From contig JBGASF010000046.1 of the NCBI GenBank assembly GCA_044229835.1, forward strand, positions 1 to 49,689: a stretch of DNA of 49,689 nucleotides. The letters run 5' to 3'. The DNA is from Polyangia bacterium (lineage in GTDB: Bacteria > Myxococcota_A > Polyangia > Haliangiales > JADYYK01). Below the pieces are notes generated by a model. It did no database searches. It had not been told where the DNA came from and saw only the letters and a program-made list of their open reading frames with translations. Both the position numbers and the translations under genes were made by a program. Shown here piece by piece: positions 1 through 17,651 of the stretch (within the stretch, counting starts at the first letter, position 1; every line of letters begins with the position of its first letter).

Positions 1-1640
<1,640 letters not shown>

Positions 1641-1658
1641 AGAACAGATGACGGAGGG

Positions 1659-2900
1659 CTACGGCTGCGGAGGGCGGCCGCCGTTGATGGTGATGGTCGA
1701 GACCGTGTCGGGCCACACCTTCGCGCGGTACTTGCCGAGCAGCGTGGCTGCGCCGCCGACCTTGCCCCAGCCCTCCACCGTCACCACCCCGGGCGCCATG
1801 TTGATGCCGGTGAAGATCCCGAGGCGGCTGGTGCCGACGCCGTCCATGCCGAGGTCGAACACCGTCTTGTTGGGGTTTCCGTTGGAGTACGAGCGCACGC
1901 CGGGGTTCATGTCATAGCCGACCTGCGCGGCCTCGAGGCGGACATCCTCGCAGTCGCGCACCTCGCCGGCGATGGCGCCGAAGCCGGGGGTGATGGCGGT
2001 GCCAATCGTCGTCGGGATGGTCATGTAGTCCGACTTCGACAGCACGTTGACGTTCTTCTCGAACTCCGGCCCCGCGGTGCCGGCCATGCGCAGACACTCG
2101 GTGTCCAGCGGGTCGGTGCCCTTGGCCGCGGTGCACGCGCGCGCCGCCGTCGACAGGTAGACGTTGTACTGCACCAGCACGCCCCACAGCGGGTCGGCCG
2201 TCTTGCCCGGGCCCATGGTGCGGATGGCCAGGAACTTGCGGGTCGGGATGTTCGGGATCTCGAAGCGCACCTCGGCGCGCAGGCGCTCCTCGCAGGTCGA
2301 GTTCAGGCAGTAGCGCGTGCCGTTGACCGAGGCGCCCTCGGGGCAGGCCGCGCAGTCGGCGGTCTGCGGCCGGCACGTCGCGTCGGTGCGGCCGAGGTCG
2401 GAGGTCGGGTTGGGGCAGAAGCGCGCCTTGGGGAACGACGCCGCGTCGAGCTTGACCGTGGTCTCGCCGATCGGCGTCACCGCGTCGATGCTGGCCGCGG
2501 CGTCGAGCTGCGCGGCGTCGAAGATCTGGATGGTGACGTCGTTGGAGTCCGGGCCCGACGAGAACACGTCGACCCAGCCGGTCAGCGTCACCTTGTCGGG
2601 CGTGGCCGGCTCCTGCGCGGGCGCCGCGGTCAGGCAGCCCAGCTTGGGCGCGGTGGTGGCGTCCTTGGCGCAGAACTCCTTGAGGTCGCCGCACTGCGCG
2701 CGCTTGGTCTCGGGGCGCTCGGCCACGTCGAGCGGCAGCGTGCACACCGCGCTGCCCGGGTTCTTCTTCGGGTACACGCACGAACAGCCAGGATCGGGGA
2801 CGACGCCCCCGTTGCAGGCGTCGTCATCGCCGCCACCACCACATCCAGCCGCCGCAGTGGACACCGACAGCGCGAGCGCGAGCATCGACCAACGAGTCAT
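1659..2900 (-). CDS. Secreted lipoprotein of unknown function, Cys-rich.
   Basis: ORF track 1659..2927. Preferred start is the ATG for MTRWSM... (cat at 2898-2900), preceded by a perfect AAGGAG SD. Signal peptide with lipobox ...STAAAGC; many paired Cys. Confidence 0.6.
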   Translation of the reverse strand: MTRWSMLALALSVSTAAAGCGGGGDDDACNGGVVPDPGCSCVYPKKNPGSAVCTLPLDVAERPETKRAQCGDLKEFCAKDATTAPKLGCLTAAPAQEPATPDKVTLTGWVDVFSSGPDSNDVTIQIFDAAQLDAAASIDAVTPIGETTVKLDAASFPKARFCPNPTSDLGRTDATCRPQTADCAACPEGASVNGTRYCLNSTCEERLRAEVRFEIPNIPTRKFLAIRTMGPGKTADPLWGVLVQYNVYLSTAARACTAAKGTDPLDTECLRMAGTAGPEFEKNVNVLSKSDYMTIPTTIGTAITPGFGAIAGEVRDCEDVRLEAAQVGYDMNPGVRSYSNGNPNKTVFDLGMDGVGTSRLGIFTGINMAPGVVTVEGWGKVGGAATLLGKYRAKVWPDTVSTITINGGRPPQP

Positions 2901-2948
2901 TCCAGGCTCCTTCTCAGTGCGCAGCAATATACCTGAACAACCTTCAAT

Positions 2949-3866
2949 CTAGATGCAGGCGCGATCACGGCCGGCGGCCTTGGCCCGGTACAGCGCCTGG
3001 TCGGCCTTCTCGAACAGGAGGTCGCCGCTGTCGCCGTCGTCGGGGCACACCGCGACCCCGATCGAGATGGTCGGCTGGATGATGACGCCGTCCTTCTCGA
3101 AGTGGTGCGTGCGCACGCGATCGACGATGGCCTCGGCGACCTTCAGCCCGGCGTCGCGGGTGTGGCGCTTCAAGTAGCACATGAACTCGTCGCCGCCGAA
3201 GCGGCAGGCCTCGCCGCGCGCGCCGACCACGTCGCGCAGGATGGCGCCGACCTCGGCGATGGCGTAGCCGCCGTAGGGATGGCCGTGGGTGTCGTTGATC
3301 TGCTTGAGGCCGTCCATGTCCATCACCAGCACCGCGATGGGCTCACCGGCGGCCAGCGCGCGCGCCAGCGCCAGCTCCAGCTCGGCGTCGAACTTGCGCT
3401 TGAGCAGGAGGCCGGTCAGCGCGTCGGTGCCGACCAGCTCCTCCAGCTTGTTGTGGAAGTCCATGTCGAGGCCGTCGGCGTAGCCGAACTTCACCACGCT
3501 GGCGCCGAGGAAGATCTTGTCGCCCTCGCTGAGGATGTGCGCGGTGACGCGCTCGCCGTTGACCAGGGTGCCGTTGGTCGAGCCGAGATCGCTGAGCAGG
3601 TAGCGCCCGTCGGGCGCGCGATCGATGCGGATGTGCTCGCGCGAGATCGACCCGTCGGCCAGCGGCAGCTCGACGTCGGGGTCGCGCCCGATGGTGACCG
3701 GGCGATCGAGCATGACGTGGGTGCCGAGGTCGCTCTCGGCGCCCTGGATGACCAGCAGCGAGGCCGCGCGGAGATCCTGAGCCCGGGCCGGCGCTTCGCC
3801 GTGCGCGAACTTGATGGTCTCTGCGCCCCGTCGATCCCTGCGTTTGGCCATGGGCCCTTGCCTCAC
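2949..3866 (-). CDS. FHA-domain-containing diguanylate cyclase (FHA + GGDEF).
   Basis: N-terminal FHA signature (VTIGRDPDVELPL...ISREHIRI...STNGTLVNGERV). C-terminal GGDEF domain with intact RFGGDEF motif. Start either GTG at 3866 or ATG at 3851. Confidence 0.8.
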   Translation of the reverse strand: MRQGPMAKRRDRRGAETIKFAHGEAPARAQDLRAASLLVIQGAESDLGTHVMLDRPVTIGRDPDVELPLADGSISREHIRIDRAPDGRYLLSDLGSTNGTLVNGERVTAHILSEGDKIFLGASVVKFGYADGLDMDFHNKLEELVGTDALTGLLLKRKFDAELELALARALAAGEPIAVLVMDMDGLKQINDTHGHPYGGYAIAEVGAILRDVVGARGEACRFGGDEFMCYLKRHTRDAGLKVAEAIVDRVRTHHFEKDGVIIQPTISIGVAVCPDDGDSGDLLFEKADQALYRAKAAGRDRACI

Positions 3867-3885
3867 CGTACCACCGCGCGCCGGG

Positions 3886-5880
<1,995 letters not shown>

Positions 5881-5990
5881 GACGCCGCGGTGTTTACCAC
5901 ATCATCCAAGCCGGGTCGCGCGATTGACATTGTGCGTCAAACTTGCAAGTGTTCCGCGCTCGTTGTCGCCGCTCCTTTTGTGAGGTCCCC

Positions 5991-7181
5991 ATGTCGATGA
6001 AGCAGTATCTGCTCACTCCTGGTCCGACTCCGGTGCCCGACCGCGTGCTGCTTGCGATGGCGCAGCCGGTGCTGCACCACCGCATGCCCGCCTTCTCCAA
6101 GATCTTCACCGAGGCGGTCGACGGCCTGGCGTGGATCTACCAGACCGCCGGTCGGCCCATCATCCTGAACGGCTCGGGCACCGCCGCGATGGAGGCCGCC
6201 GTCGTCAACCTGATGTCGAAGGGCGACACCGCGCTGGTCGCGCACTCGGGCAAGTTCGGCGAGCGCTGGGTCGAGCTCTGCAAGGCGTATGGAATCGCCA
6301 CCGTCGAGGTCAAGGCGCCCTACGGCGACGCCGTTGACCCTGCGGCGGTCGACCGGGCTCTCACCGAGAACCCCGGCATCAAGGCCGTGTTCATGCAGGC
6401 CAACGAGTCGTCGACCGGCGTGCGCCAGCCCTACGAGGCGGTCGCCAAGCTGGTGCAGGCGCGCCAGGACGTGCTGCTGGTGGTCGACGCCGTCAGCGCG
6501 CTGGGCGCCTGGGACATCCCGATGGACACCCTGGGCATCGACGCCCTGGTGACCGGGTCGCAGAAGGCGCTGATGCTGCCGCCGGGGCTGGCCTTCATCG
6601 CGCTGTCGGAGCGCGCCTGGGCTCGCCAGGCCAAGAGCGATCTGCCCAAGTACTACCTGAACCTGGCCACCGAGCGGAAGGCGCAGCAGAACGGCGAGAC
6701 CGCGTGGACGCCGGGGGTGTCGCTGATCATCGGCCTGCGCGAGGCGCTGGCCATGCTCAAGGAGGAGGGGCTGCCGGCCATCTTCGCGCGCCACGACGCG
6801 CTGGCCCGCGCCACCCGCGCGGCCATGGCGGCGGCCGGGCTGGAGCCCTTCTCGCGCGCGCCGTCGCCCACGGTGACCGCGATCAAGGCGCCCAAGAAGG
6901 CGGACGGCACCGTGATCGACACCGACGCGCTGGTCAAGCACCTGCGCGGCACCTATGGCGTGTCGATCGTGGGCGGGCAGGGCTCGATGAAGGGCCAGGT
7001 CTTCCGCGTCGCGCACCTCGGCTACTACGGGCCGTTCGACATCCTGACCGTGTGCACCGCGCTGGAGATGTCGCTCAAGGACCTGGGCTGCAACGTCGAG
7101 CTCGGCAAGTCGACGGCGGCCGCCGAGGAGATCCTTTCGGCGTGGCGCAAGCAGGCCAAGGCGGAGGCTGCGAAGAAGTAG
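5991..7181 (+). CDS. Class V pyridoxal-phosphate aminotransferase (AGXT / serine-glyoxylate / alternative phosphoserine aminotransferase type).
   Basis: MSMKQYLLTPGPTPVPDRVL... N-terminus and SQKAL pyridoxal-lysine region typical of class V aminotransferases. Located upstream of serA. ATG at 5991 chosen over the track start at 5943. Confidence 0.8.
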   Translation: MSMKQYLLTPGPTPVPDRVLLAMAQPVLHHRMPAFSKIFTEAVDGLAWIYQTAGRPIILNGSGTAAMEAAVVNLMSKGDTALVAHSGKFGERWVELCKAYGIATVEVKAPYGDAVDPAAVDRALTENPGIKAVFMQANESSTGVRQPYEAVAKLVQARQDVLLVVDAVSALGAWDIPMDTLGIDALVTGSQKALMLPPGLAFIALSERAWARQAKSDLPKYYLNLATERKAQQNGETAWTPGVSLIIGLREALAMLKEEGLPAIFARHDALARATRAAMAAAGLEPFSRAPSPTVTAIKAPKKADGTVIDTDALVKHLRGTYGVSIVGGQGSMKGQVFRVAHLGYYGPFDILTVCTALEMSLKDLGCNVELGKSTAAAEEILSAWRKQAKAEAAKK

Positions 7182-7993
7182 TGCCCGAGGAACGTGAAGG
7201 CGAACGTGAAGGCGAACGCGCAGGCCTGGCGACGCTGGGGGACATCGCCGCGCACCTCGATCAAGTGCTCGAGGTGCGGGCGGTGCGCGACTACGGGCCC
7301 AACGGCCTGCAGGTCGAGGCCCGCGCGCTGGGCAGCGCGGTGACCCGCGTCGCCACCGCGGTGTCGGCCAACCTGGCCGCCATCGAGGCCGCGGTGGCCT
7401 TCGGCGCCGAGCTCCTGGTGGTGCACCACGGCCTGATCTGGGGCGGCGGGATCGAGCGCGTGACCGGGCCGACCGCGCGCCGGCTGGCCGCGCTGCTGGG
7501 CGGCGGGGTCTCGCTGCTGGCCTATCACCTGCCGCTGGATCGCCACCCCACGCTGGGCAACAACGCCGGCCTGTGTGACCTGCTGGGGCTGGGGGCGCGG
7601 GCGCCGTTCGGCGAGGTGCGCGGCGTCGCCATCGGCACCGTGGGCGAGCTGGCGGCGCCGCTGCCGGCGGCCGAGCTGCGCGCGCGGGTCGCCGCCGGGG
7701 TCGGCCACCCGACCTTCGCCTTCATGCACGGGCCGGCCGAGGTGCGTCGCGTCGCGGTGTGCTCGGGCGCGGCGGGCGACATGATCGAGGCGGCGCGCGC
7801 GGCCGGCGCCGACGCCTTCCTGACCGGCGAGCTGGCCGAGCGTGCCGGCGAGCTGGCGCGCGAGCTGGGGATCCACCTCCTGGCGGCCGGGCACTACGCC
7901 ACCGAGGTGTTCGGGCCGCAGCGCCTGGGCGCCGAGCTGGCGACGCGCTTCGGCGTCGCCACCACCTTCGTAGACGTCCCGTCTCCACTGTAG
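7181..7993 (+). CDS. Nif3-like dinuclear metal centre protein (YqfO/YbgI family).
   Basis: Real gene is the 3' part of track ORF 6704..7993. GTG at 7181 overlaps the upstream stop (taGTG). Conserved ...DYGPNGLQVE..., HHG, AGHYATE motifs. N-terminal (EREG)n from a 12-bp tandem repeat. Confidence 0.7.
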   Translation: MPEEREGEREGERAGLATLGDIAAHLDQVLEVRAVRDYGPNGLQVEARALGSAVTRVATAVSANLAAIEAAVAFGAELLVVHHGLIWGGGIERVTGPTARRLAALLGGGVSLLAYHLPLDRHPTLGNNAGLCDLLGLGARAPFGEVRGVAIGTVGELAAPLPAAELRARVAAGVGHPTFAFMHGPAEVRRVAVCSGAAGDMIEAARAAGADAFLTGELAERAGELARELGIHLLAAGHYATEVFGPQRLGAELATRFGVATTFVDVPSPL

Positions 7994-8018
7994 CCATGTC
8001 GAGAAAAGGAAGCTCCCG

Positions 8019-9628
8019 ATGACGACACCGCAGCCGTTCAAGGTCCTGGTCGCCGACGACATGTCGGATCGCGTCACCGCGCTGCTGCGCGAGACGCCGG
8101 GCATCGAGGTCACGGTCAAGACCGGCATGAAGCCGGCCGAGCTCTTGGCCTTCGTGGCGCCGTTCCACGCCATCCTGGTGCGCTCGTCGAGCAAGATCAC
8201 GCCCGAGGTCATCGACGCCGCGCCCGAGCTGCGCTTCCTGGGTCGCGCCGGCATCGGCATCGACAACATCGACGTCAAGGCGGCGTCGCGGCGGGGGATC
8301 GTGGTCGAGAACACGCCGTCGGGCAACGCGGTGACCACGGCGGAGCACGCCATCTGCCTGCTGTGCTCGCTGGTGCGCCACATCCCGCAGGCCACGGCGT
8401 CGATGCGCGCCGGCAAGTGGGACAAGAAGAAGTTCCAGGGCACCGAGCTGTTCGAGAAGACGCTGGGCGTGGTCGGCCTGGGCAACATCGGGCGCCTGGT
8501 CGCCGAGCGCGCCACCGGCCTCAAGATGAAGGTCATCGCCTTCGATCCCTTCCTGGGCGAGGAGGCCGCGCAGCGCGTCGGCGCCGAGCTGGTCACGCTG
8601 GATCAGCTGTTCACCCGCTCCGACTTCATCACCGTGCACACGCCGCTGACGGCGGAGACCAAGGGGCTCATCGGGGCGCAGTCGATCGCGCGCATGAAGA
8701 AGGGCGTCTTCATCGTCAACGCCGCGCGCGGCGGGATCGTGGACGAGGCCGCGCTGCTCGACGCGCTCAAGTCGGGCCACGTGGCCGGCGCCGCGCTCGA
8801 CGTCTTCGCCGCCGAGCCGCCCACCGGCAGCCCGCTGCTGGAGCAGGACAACGTGGTGCTGACGCCGCACCTCGGCGCGTCGACCGACGAGGCGCAGGAG
8901 AAGGTCGCGGTCGAGCTCGGCGAGCAGCTGGTCGCCTTCGTGACCCGCGGCGAGATCAAGAACGCGGTCAATGTGGCGCCGGTGTCGCGCGAGGTGCTGC
9001 CGCGCCTGCAGCCCTACCTGGAGCTGGCCGGCAAGCTGGGCAGCCTGGTCGGGCAGCTGACGCGTGGCATCAACGAGGTCGACGTGGTGCTGACCGGCGA
9101 GGTCGGTGACCTGGGCAGCAAGGCGGTCGCCATGGCCGCGCTGGCCGGCGTGCTGCGGCCGCACCTGGATCGCCACGTGGTCAACGAGGTCAACGCCGCC
9201 ATCGTGGCCGCCGAGCGCGGCATCAAGATGACGCAGACGCAGCGCCCCGCGGGGCGCGACTACACCAGCGCCATCACCGTCATCGCGCGCGATCGCGACG
9301 GCAAGCAGCACCTGGTGCGCGGCGCGGTGTTCCACGTCGGCGAGCGCACCGAGCCGCGCATCGTGCAGGTCGATCAGTACACCCTGGAGGCGGTGCCCGA
9401 GGGGCGCCTGGTCATCATGCGCAACCACGACCGGCCCGGCGTCATCGGCGCGGTCGGGACGCTGTTCGGGCAGCGCGGCATCAACGTCGCGCGCCTGCAC
9501 CTCGGCCTCGACAAGGCCAACGATCAGGCGCTGGCGCTGTGGAACGTGGACGGCGAGATCGAGGACGCCGTGCTCGACGAGCTGCGCAAGCTGCCCCACG
9601 TGGTCGAGGTCCTGCGCGTCAGTCTGTA

Positions 9629-9629
<1 letters not shown>
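8019..9629 (+). CDS. serA: D-3-phosphoglycerate dehydrogenase with C-terminal ACT domain.
   Basis: Full-length match in layout to SerA: NAD Rossmann motif GVVGLGNIGRLVA, catalytic region, C-terminal ACT. Good RBS. Confidence 0.9.
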
Positions 9630-12344
<2,715 letters not shown>

Positions 12345-12345
<1 letters not shown>

Positions 12346-12437
12346 TGTTCCGGCAGCCCATCCTGGTCACCGCCGCGATCATCGCCGCCGCCGCGCTGGG
12401 GATCCTCTTCCTGGTGCTGCGGGGTGGATGTTCGTGA
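12345..12437 (+). CDS. Possible small single-pass membrane protein (30 aa), translationally coupled to purA.
   Basis: TGATG overlap with the purA stop. Hydrophobic MFRQPILVTAAIIAAAALGILFLVLRGGCS, very high GC3. Below the ORF-track length cut-off. Speculative. Confidence 0.3.
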
Positions 12438-12654
12438 AGTGGGCCCCGGCGCCCGGACCCGGACTGGGGGCTGGCTTCCGGCTAGCTTACGGAAAAGCGC
12501 CTCGATGAAGCCAAAGCTGGCCCAGGGCTCCGGGTCTATGCCTTCGAGAACGGCGGGTTTTCCGGTCGGCCGGTCTCTGGTGGTGGGCGCCCGTCCCGGG
12601 CTCACCGGCCGTGGCGGTAGCCTGTCCGTGGTGCGGAGGAGCTTGGCCAGTTGT

Positions 12655-12683
12655 TTGCTAGAAACGGTGAAAAGTCATATGAT
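12655..12683 (+). promoter_or_regulatory. Sigma70-like promoter candidate: TTGCTA, 17-bp spacer, TATGAT. Sits upstream of the zinc-ribbon protein gene.
   Basis: 4/6 match to -35 and 5/6 to -10 with ideal spacing, in a locally AT-richer intergenic stretch about 55 nt before ATG 12738. Confidence 0.4.
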
Positions 12684-12737
12684 GTCGCGACTGAAAAGGT
12701 CCGGCGTCCCCCAGGTCCCACTCTTCGAGAGGCCTCG

Positions 12738-14669
<1,932 letters not shown>

Positions 14670-14740
14670 CGTAGCGGCGTCGGACGCCTGAAGCAGCAGG
14701 GCCCCGCGGGCGATTGACGCGGGGCTCTGGTGTTTTCGGG

Positions 14741-15719
14741 CTACAGGATACCGGCCAGCTTGTGCGCCTGCTTGACGGCGGTCTCGAGGTCGCCGCTGTA
14801 GTACCAGGGGTACCTGAAGGCGCCCCAGCCCATGTGGGTCAGCGGCACGCGCAGGCGCGCGGCGTCCTCGGCGACGAAGGCGGCATAGGCCAGCACGTTC
14901 CACGGCAAGGTGGCCCACGGGCCCATGGGCGCGGTCTGCTCCAGGGCGGCGATGGCGTGATCGAGCTCGGCCAGCACCGCGGGCTGCTTGAAGTACGCCC
15001 GGGCGGCGGCCTCGCCGACGTCCATCAGCTGGCTGTTCCAGACCTCGAGGTGCGCGGCGATGGGCAGCGCGGGCAGGCCGCTCAGGGTCTCGGCGCGGGC
15101 GGCGGCGGCGCGCGCGAAGTCGAGCACCGCCTCGCCGGGCAGGCCGCTCCACTTGGGCGCCATCGCGACCACCAGCTGCTGGTGCGCCAGCCAGTTGTCG
15201 GGCTGGCGCCGGCACGCCTCGGCGAGCAGCTGCCGGCCCACGTCGAGGTCGGCGTCCTGCCCGCGCGCGATCTTGATGGCGAAGGCGTACGGCGTCGGAT
15301 CGGTGGGATCCATCTGCATGACCTGCTCGAGATCCTGGCGGGCCAGCGTCAGGCGCTGCTGGAACAGGCTGGCCGCCCCGCTGCCGACGCTGGACCCGGC
15401 GCCGCTGCCGCGCGCCTGCCAGGCCCAGTCGATCCGGGTCACGCCGCGCACCAGGAAGGGGACGACCGAGTGCGGCTCGTTGCCACACCAGGCGTCGCAC
15501 AGCACGCCGAGGTGGGGCACCAGGTGAGGTGACACCAGGTCGAGGTAGAAGGCGCGGTCGTTCCACAGCATGTCGCGCGTGGTCAGCAGGACGGTGTTGG
15601 TCGAGCTGACGTCGTAGCGCTTGACGGCATCGACCAGCATTGCGCCGGTGGCGTCACCTGCGCCTGGGTGCAGCTTGCTGCCGGCGAACATGGATTTGAG
15701 GCTGTCGAACAGGCCCATG
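14741..15719 (-). CDS. Hypothetical cytoplasmic protein.
   Basis: Coherent composition from MGLFDSLKSMF... (cat at 15717-15719). The upstream part of track ORF 14741..16030 is Arg/Pro-rich junk. No domain recognised. Confidence 0.45.
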
Positions 15720-15736
15720 GGGGGACGGTAGCACTG

Positions 15737-15750
15737 TCGAGCACGAGCAC
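15737..15750. repeat. Short (CGAGCA)x2 microsatellite remnant adjoining the conserved repeated element.
   Basis: Direct reading. Confidence 0.7.
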
Positions 15751-15786
15751 GTGGCCTTGGGTGGCGGGCGGTGGTGGCGCGGGGGG

Positions 15787-15846
15787 ACTGCGGCCGACCT
15801 TGCGTGTGGCGTGGGGCTGGTGCTGGGTTCGGCGGCGGCAGCTTGT
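15787..15846. repeat. Copy A of a ~60-bp repeated noncoding element (CTGCGGCCGACCTTGCGTG..GGGGCTGGTGC.GGGTTCGGCGGCGGCAGCTTG). A small hairpin (CAGCTT/AAGCTG) overlaps its 3' end.
   Basis: About 90% identical by eye to 49585-49644. The two copies would be in different reading frames, so not coding. Confidence 0.7.
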
Positions 15847-16259
15847 GTGGCGAAGCTGATGCGCGTGTTCGACCGCTGCCGCACTCCGCGCGGCCATGCG
15901 CAAGACGCTCCGCCTCGCCGTGATCGACTGCGATCATGGACATCGTCGTGTCTGCACCACCACCACTGCCACGCAAGGCGCCCAGCAACACCCTGGCGGC
16001 GGCGGCCTGACAACTCGGACTCGTCTTCATCCACCCTGCCGTGCGGCGCCTGCTGCCCGGACCGGTGGAGCGCTGGCGAGCACCGCATTCACCCGCTCCG
16101 ATTCGCCTCGGGGTGGCAAACCTACGGGATCACGAGAGCCGATCGAAACAGTGCCGGCGAGAGAACCGCGCAACACCAGCACTCCCGAGGCGATGACATC
16201 ACCGGGAGGGAACTACGCGGGCCAACGGCGTTCCTCAGTCGGACAGAAACCCTCGCTCT

Positions 16260-17651
16260 ATGTGCGTCCTCATCATCGGCTCAGAGTCCTATCGCTTGTC
16301 GCTCACGATGGCGTGCAAGCAAGCGGGATGGGAGGTGTCCGCCGAGCCCGGACGGGCAAACGCGATCCTTTTGGATCCAACGCTGGTTCGCTGGGCCAAC
16401 GAACCAGCAGAGCGAATCGTCGCGCTAGTGATCCGCGCAAGGCAGTTCGCCCAAGCCAACAGATTATCCCCTCGGCAGACCTGGCTGGTGGCGCTCCTGT
16501 CCCAGTGGGGACCCCCTTGCCCTGACGACCTTGCCGATCCTGTTCCGGTTGAGAACTCGATTCCGGTCGTCGCCACGGGCAACGGTGCGGCCAACTCATT
16601 CTTGCAGCCGCCATTCAACTACCCGGCGATACTGATCGTCTACAAGGAGTTGGCCTCCCCACAGAGATTGGTGTTTCAGCGCTGGGTGCAGGACGGGGGA
16701 GGCGCCAATGGATGGCGGACGCCACTCGAGGTTGATCCCTCCCTGCGTGGAGTGGCGGCAAACAATCGCTCGAACATCGTCGAGTTGAACGGCGAACTTT
16801 ATCTCTACGTTGTTCGCAATGACTCCACTGTGGCGGAGTATCTCTACGACCGAGCAAACTCGTCGTTTTCTCTGGTCGGGACCGTCCAGGTTGGCGGTGC
16901 GTCTGTCAGGGCGATCGAGGGTTTTGCTGTCACGGCTGGTTACGAGAAGGGATATGCTCGCAAGATCTACGCCGTCTATCGGCCGGCGGCCGGTGGGGCC
17001 GTCGAGTTTCTCCGTAGAGATGGGGCGAATGCATGGGCCGCGCTCACGAATACTGTGTGGTCGACCATGCCCAGGCTGAGTTCGACGTTCATGCCTGGCA
17101 TCACCTATGTGCCATTCGATGAGGCGGTGCCCTCTGAAGGTCGATTCTATGTCCACACAACAAACGCAGGCTGTGTCTTCGGGAACTGCATTAGCTCCAT
17201 ATTTACTGAGGGCAACGATCCCGCCTCGTCCACGACACGACGTCTGCGGTTTGTGACGAGTGGTCTGGGTTCCGAGGCCGTGTTTCAGTTCAGCCAGCTC
17301 AACGGGCAAGAGAGTCTCTTGGCGGTGCCGTACGCAGTGTCGGTGGGGACGAGGCACGTGGCTGTGGCAGGCTCCGTGACTGGGGTGGCTTTCTACCCAT
17401 TCTGGGATGGCATCTTCAACGCAGGTACGACCGATCACGATGATTTCGTCACAGTCGGCCGCAACACGGCATGTGGAATCAAGTGCATCCCACCAGCGCT
17501 GACACCGAACCCATCCGTTGCCGATGGATGCTGCCCGGGCGGTGCAACGGGACCTGGTTTTGACAAAGACTGCACTCAGAACTACCTGCGCGACGTTGCC
17601 TTCTCGGGGAGCGGAGACTGGAGCGCCACAGCCTCGTGTCGGGCGCTGTAG
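16260..17651 (+). CDS. Hypothetical protein inside a low-GC patch (~58-60% GC against ~71% for the window).
   Basis: Long ORF with atypical codon usage for this genome. No signal peptide or recognised domain. Start uncertain. Confidence 0.45.
   Translation: MCVLIIGSESYRLSLTMACKQAGWEVSAEPGRANAILLDPTLVRWANEPAERIVALVIRARQFAQANRLSPRQTWLVALLSQWGPPCPDDLADPVPVENSIPVVATGNGAANSFLQPPFNYPAILIVYKELASPQRLVFQRWVQDGGGANGWRTPLEVDPSLRGVAANNRSNIVELNGELYLYVVRNDSTVAEYLYDRANSSFSLVGTVQVGGASVRAIEGFAVTAGYEKGYARKIYAVYRPAAGGAVEFLRRDGANAWAALTNTVWSTMPRLSSTFMPGITYVPFDEAVPSEGRFYVHTTNAGCVFGNCISSIFTEGNDPASSTTRRLRFVTSGLGSEAVFQFSQLNGQESLLAVPYAVSVGTRHVAVAGSVTGVAFYPFWDGIFNAGTTDHDDFVTVGRNTACGIKCIPPALTPNPSVADGCCPGGATGPGFDKDCTQNYLRDVAFSGSGDWSATASCRAL

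Noticed and set aside
7722-9599. 625-aa ORF on the minus strand (and 7025..8596, 523 aa)
   Set aside because: Antisense to serA and nif3. Arg/Ala/Gly-rich composition typical of shadow ORFs in high-GC DNA.
12438-12650. Possible structured ncRNA in the 300-bp gap after purA
   Set aside because: No recognisable motifs of 6S/SRP/tmRNA/RNase P or riboswitch classes. Only a promoter-like site was retained.
15896-16525. 209-aa plus-strand ORF in the 540-bp gap before the low-GC genes
   Set aside because: No RBS, Arg/Pro/Thr-rich low-complexity sequence, overlaps the start of the 16260 gene. Treated as noncoding, though a small gene here cannot be excluded.
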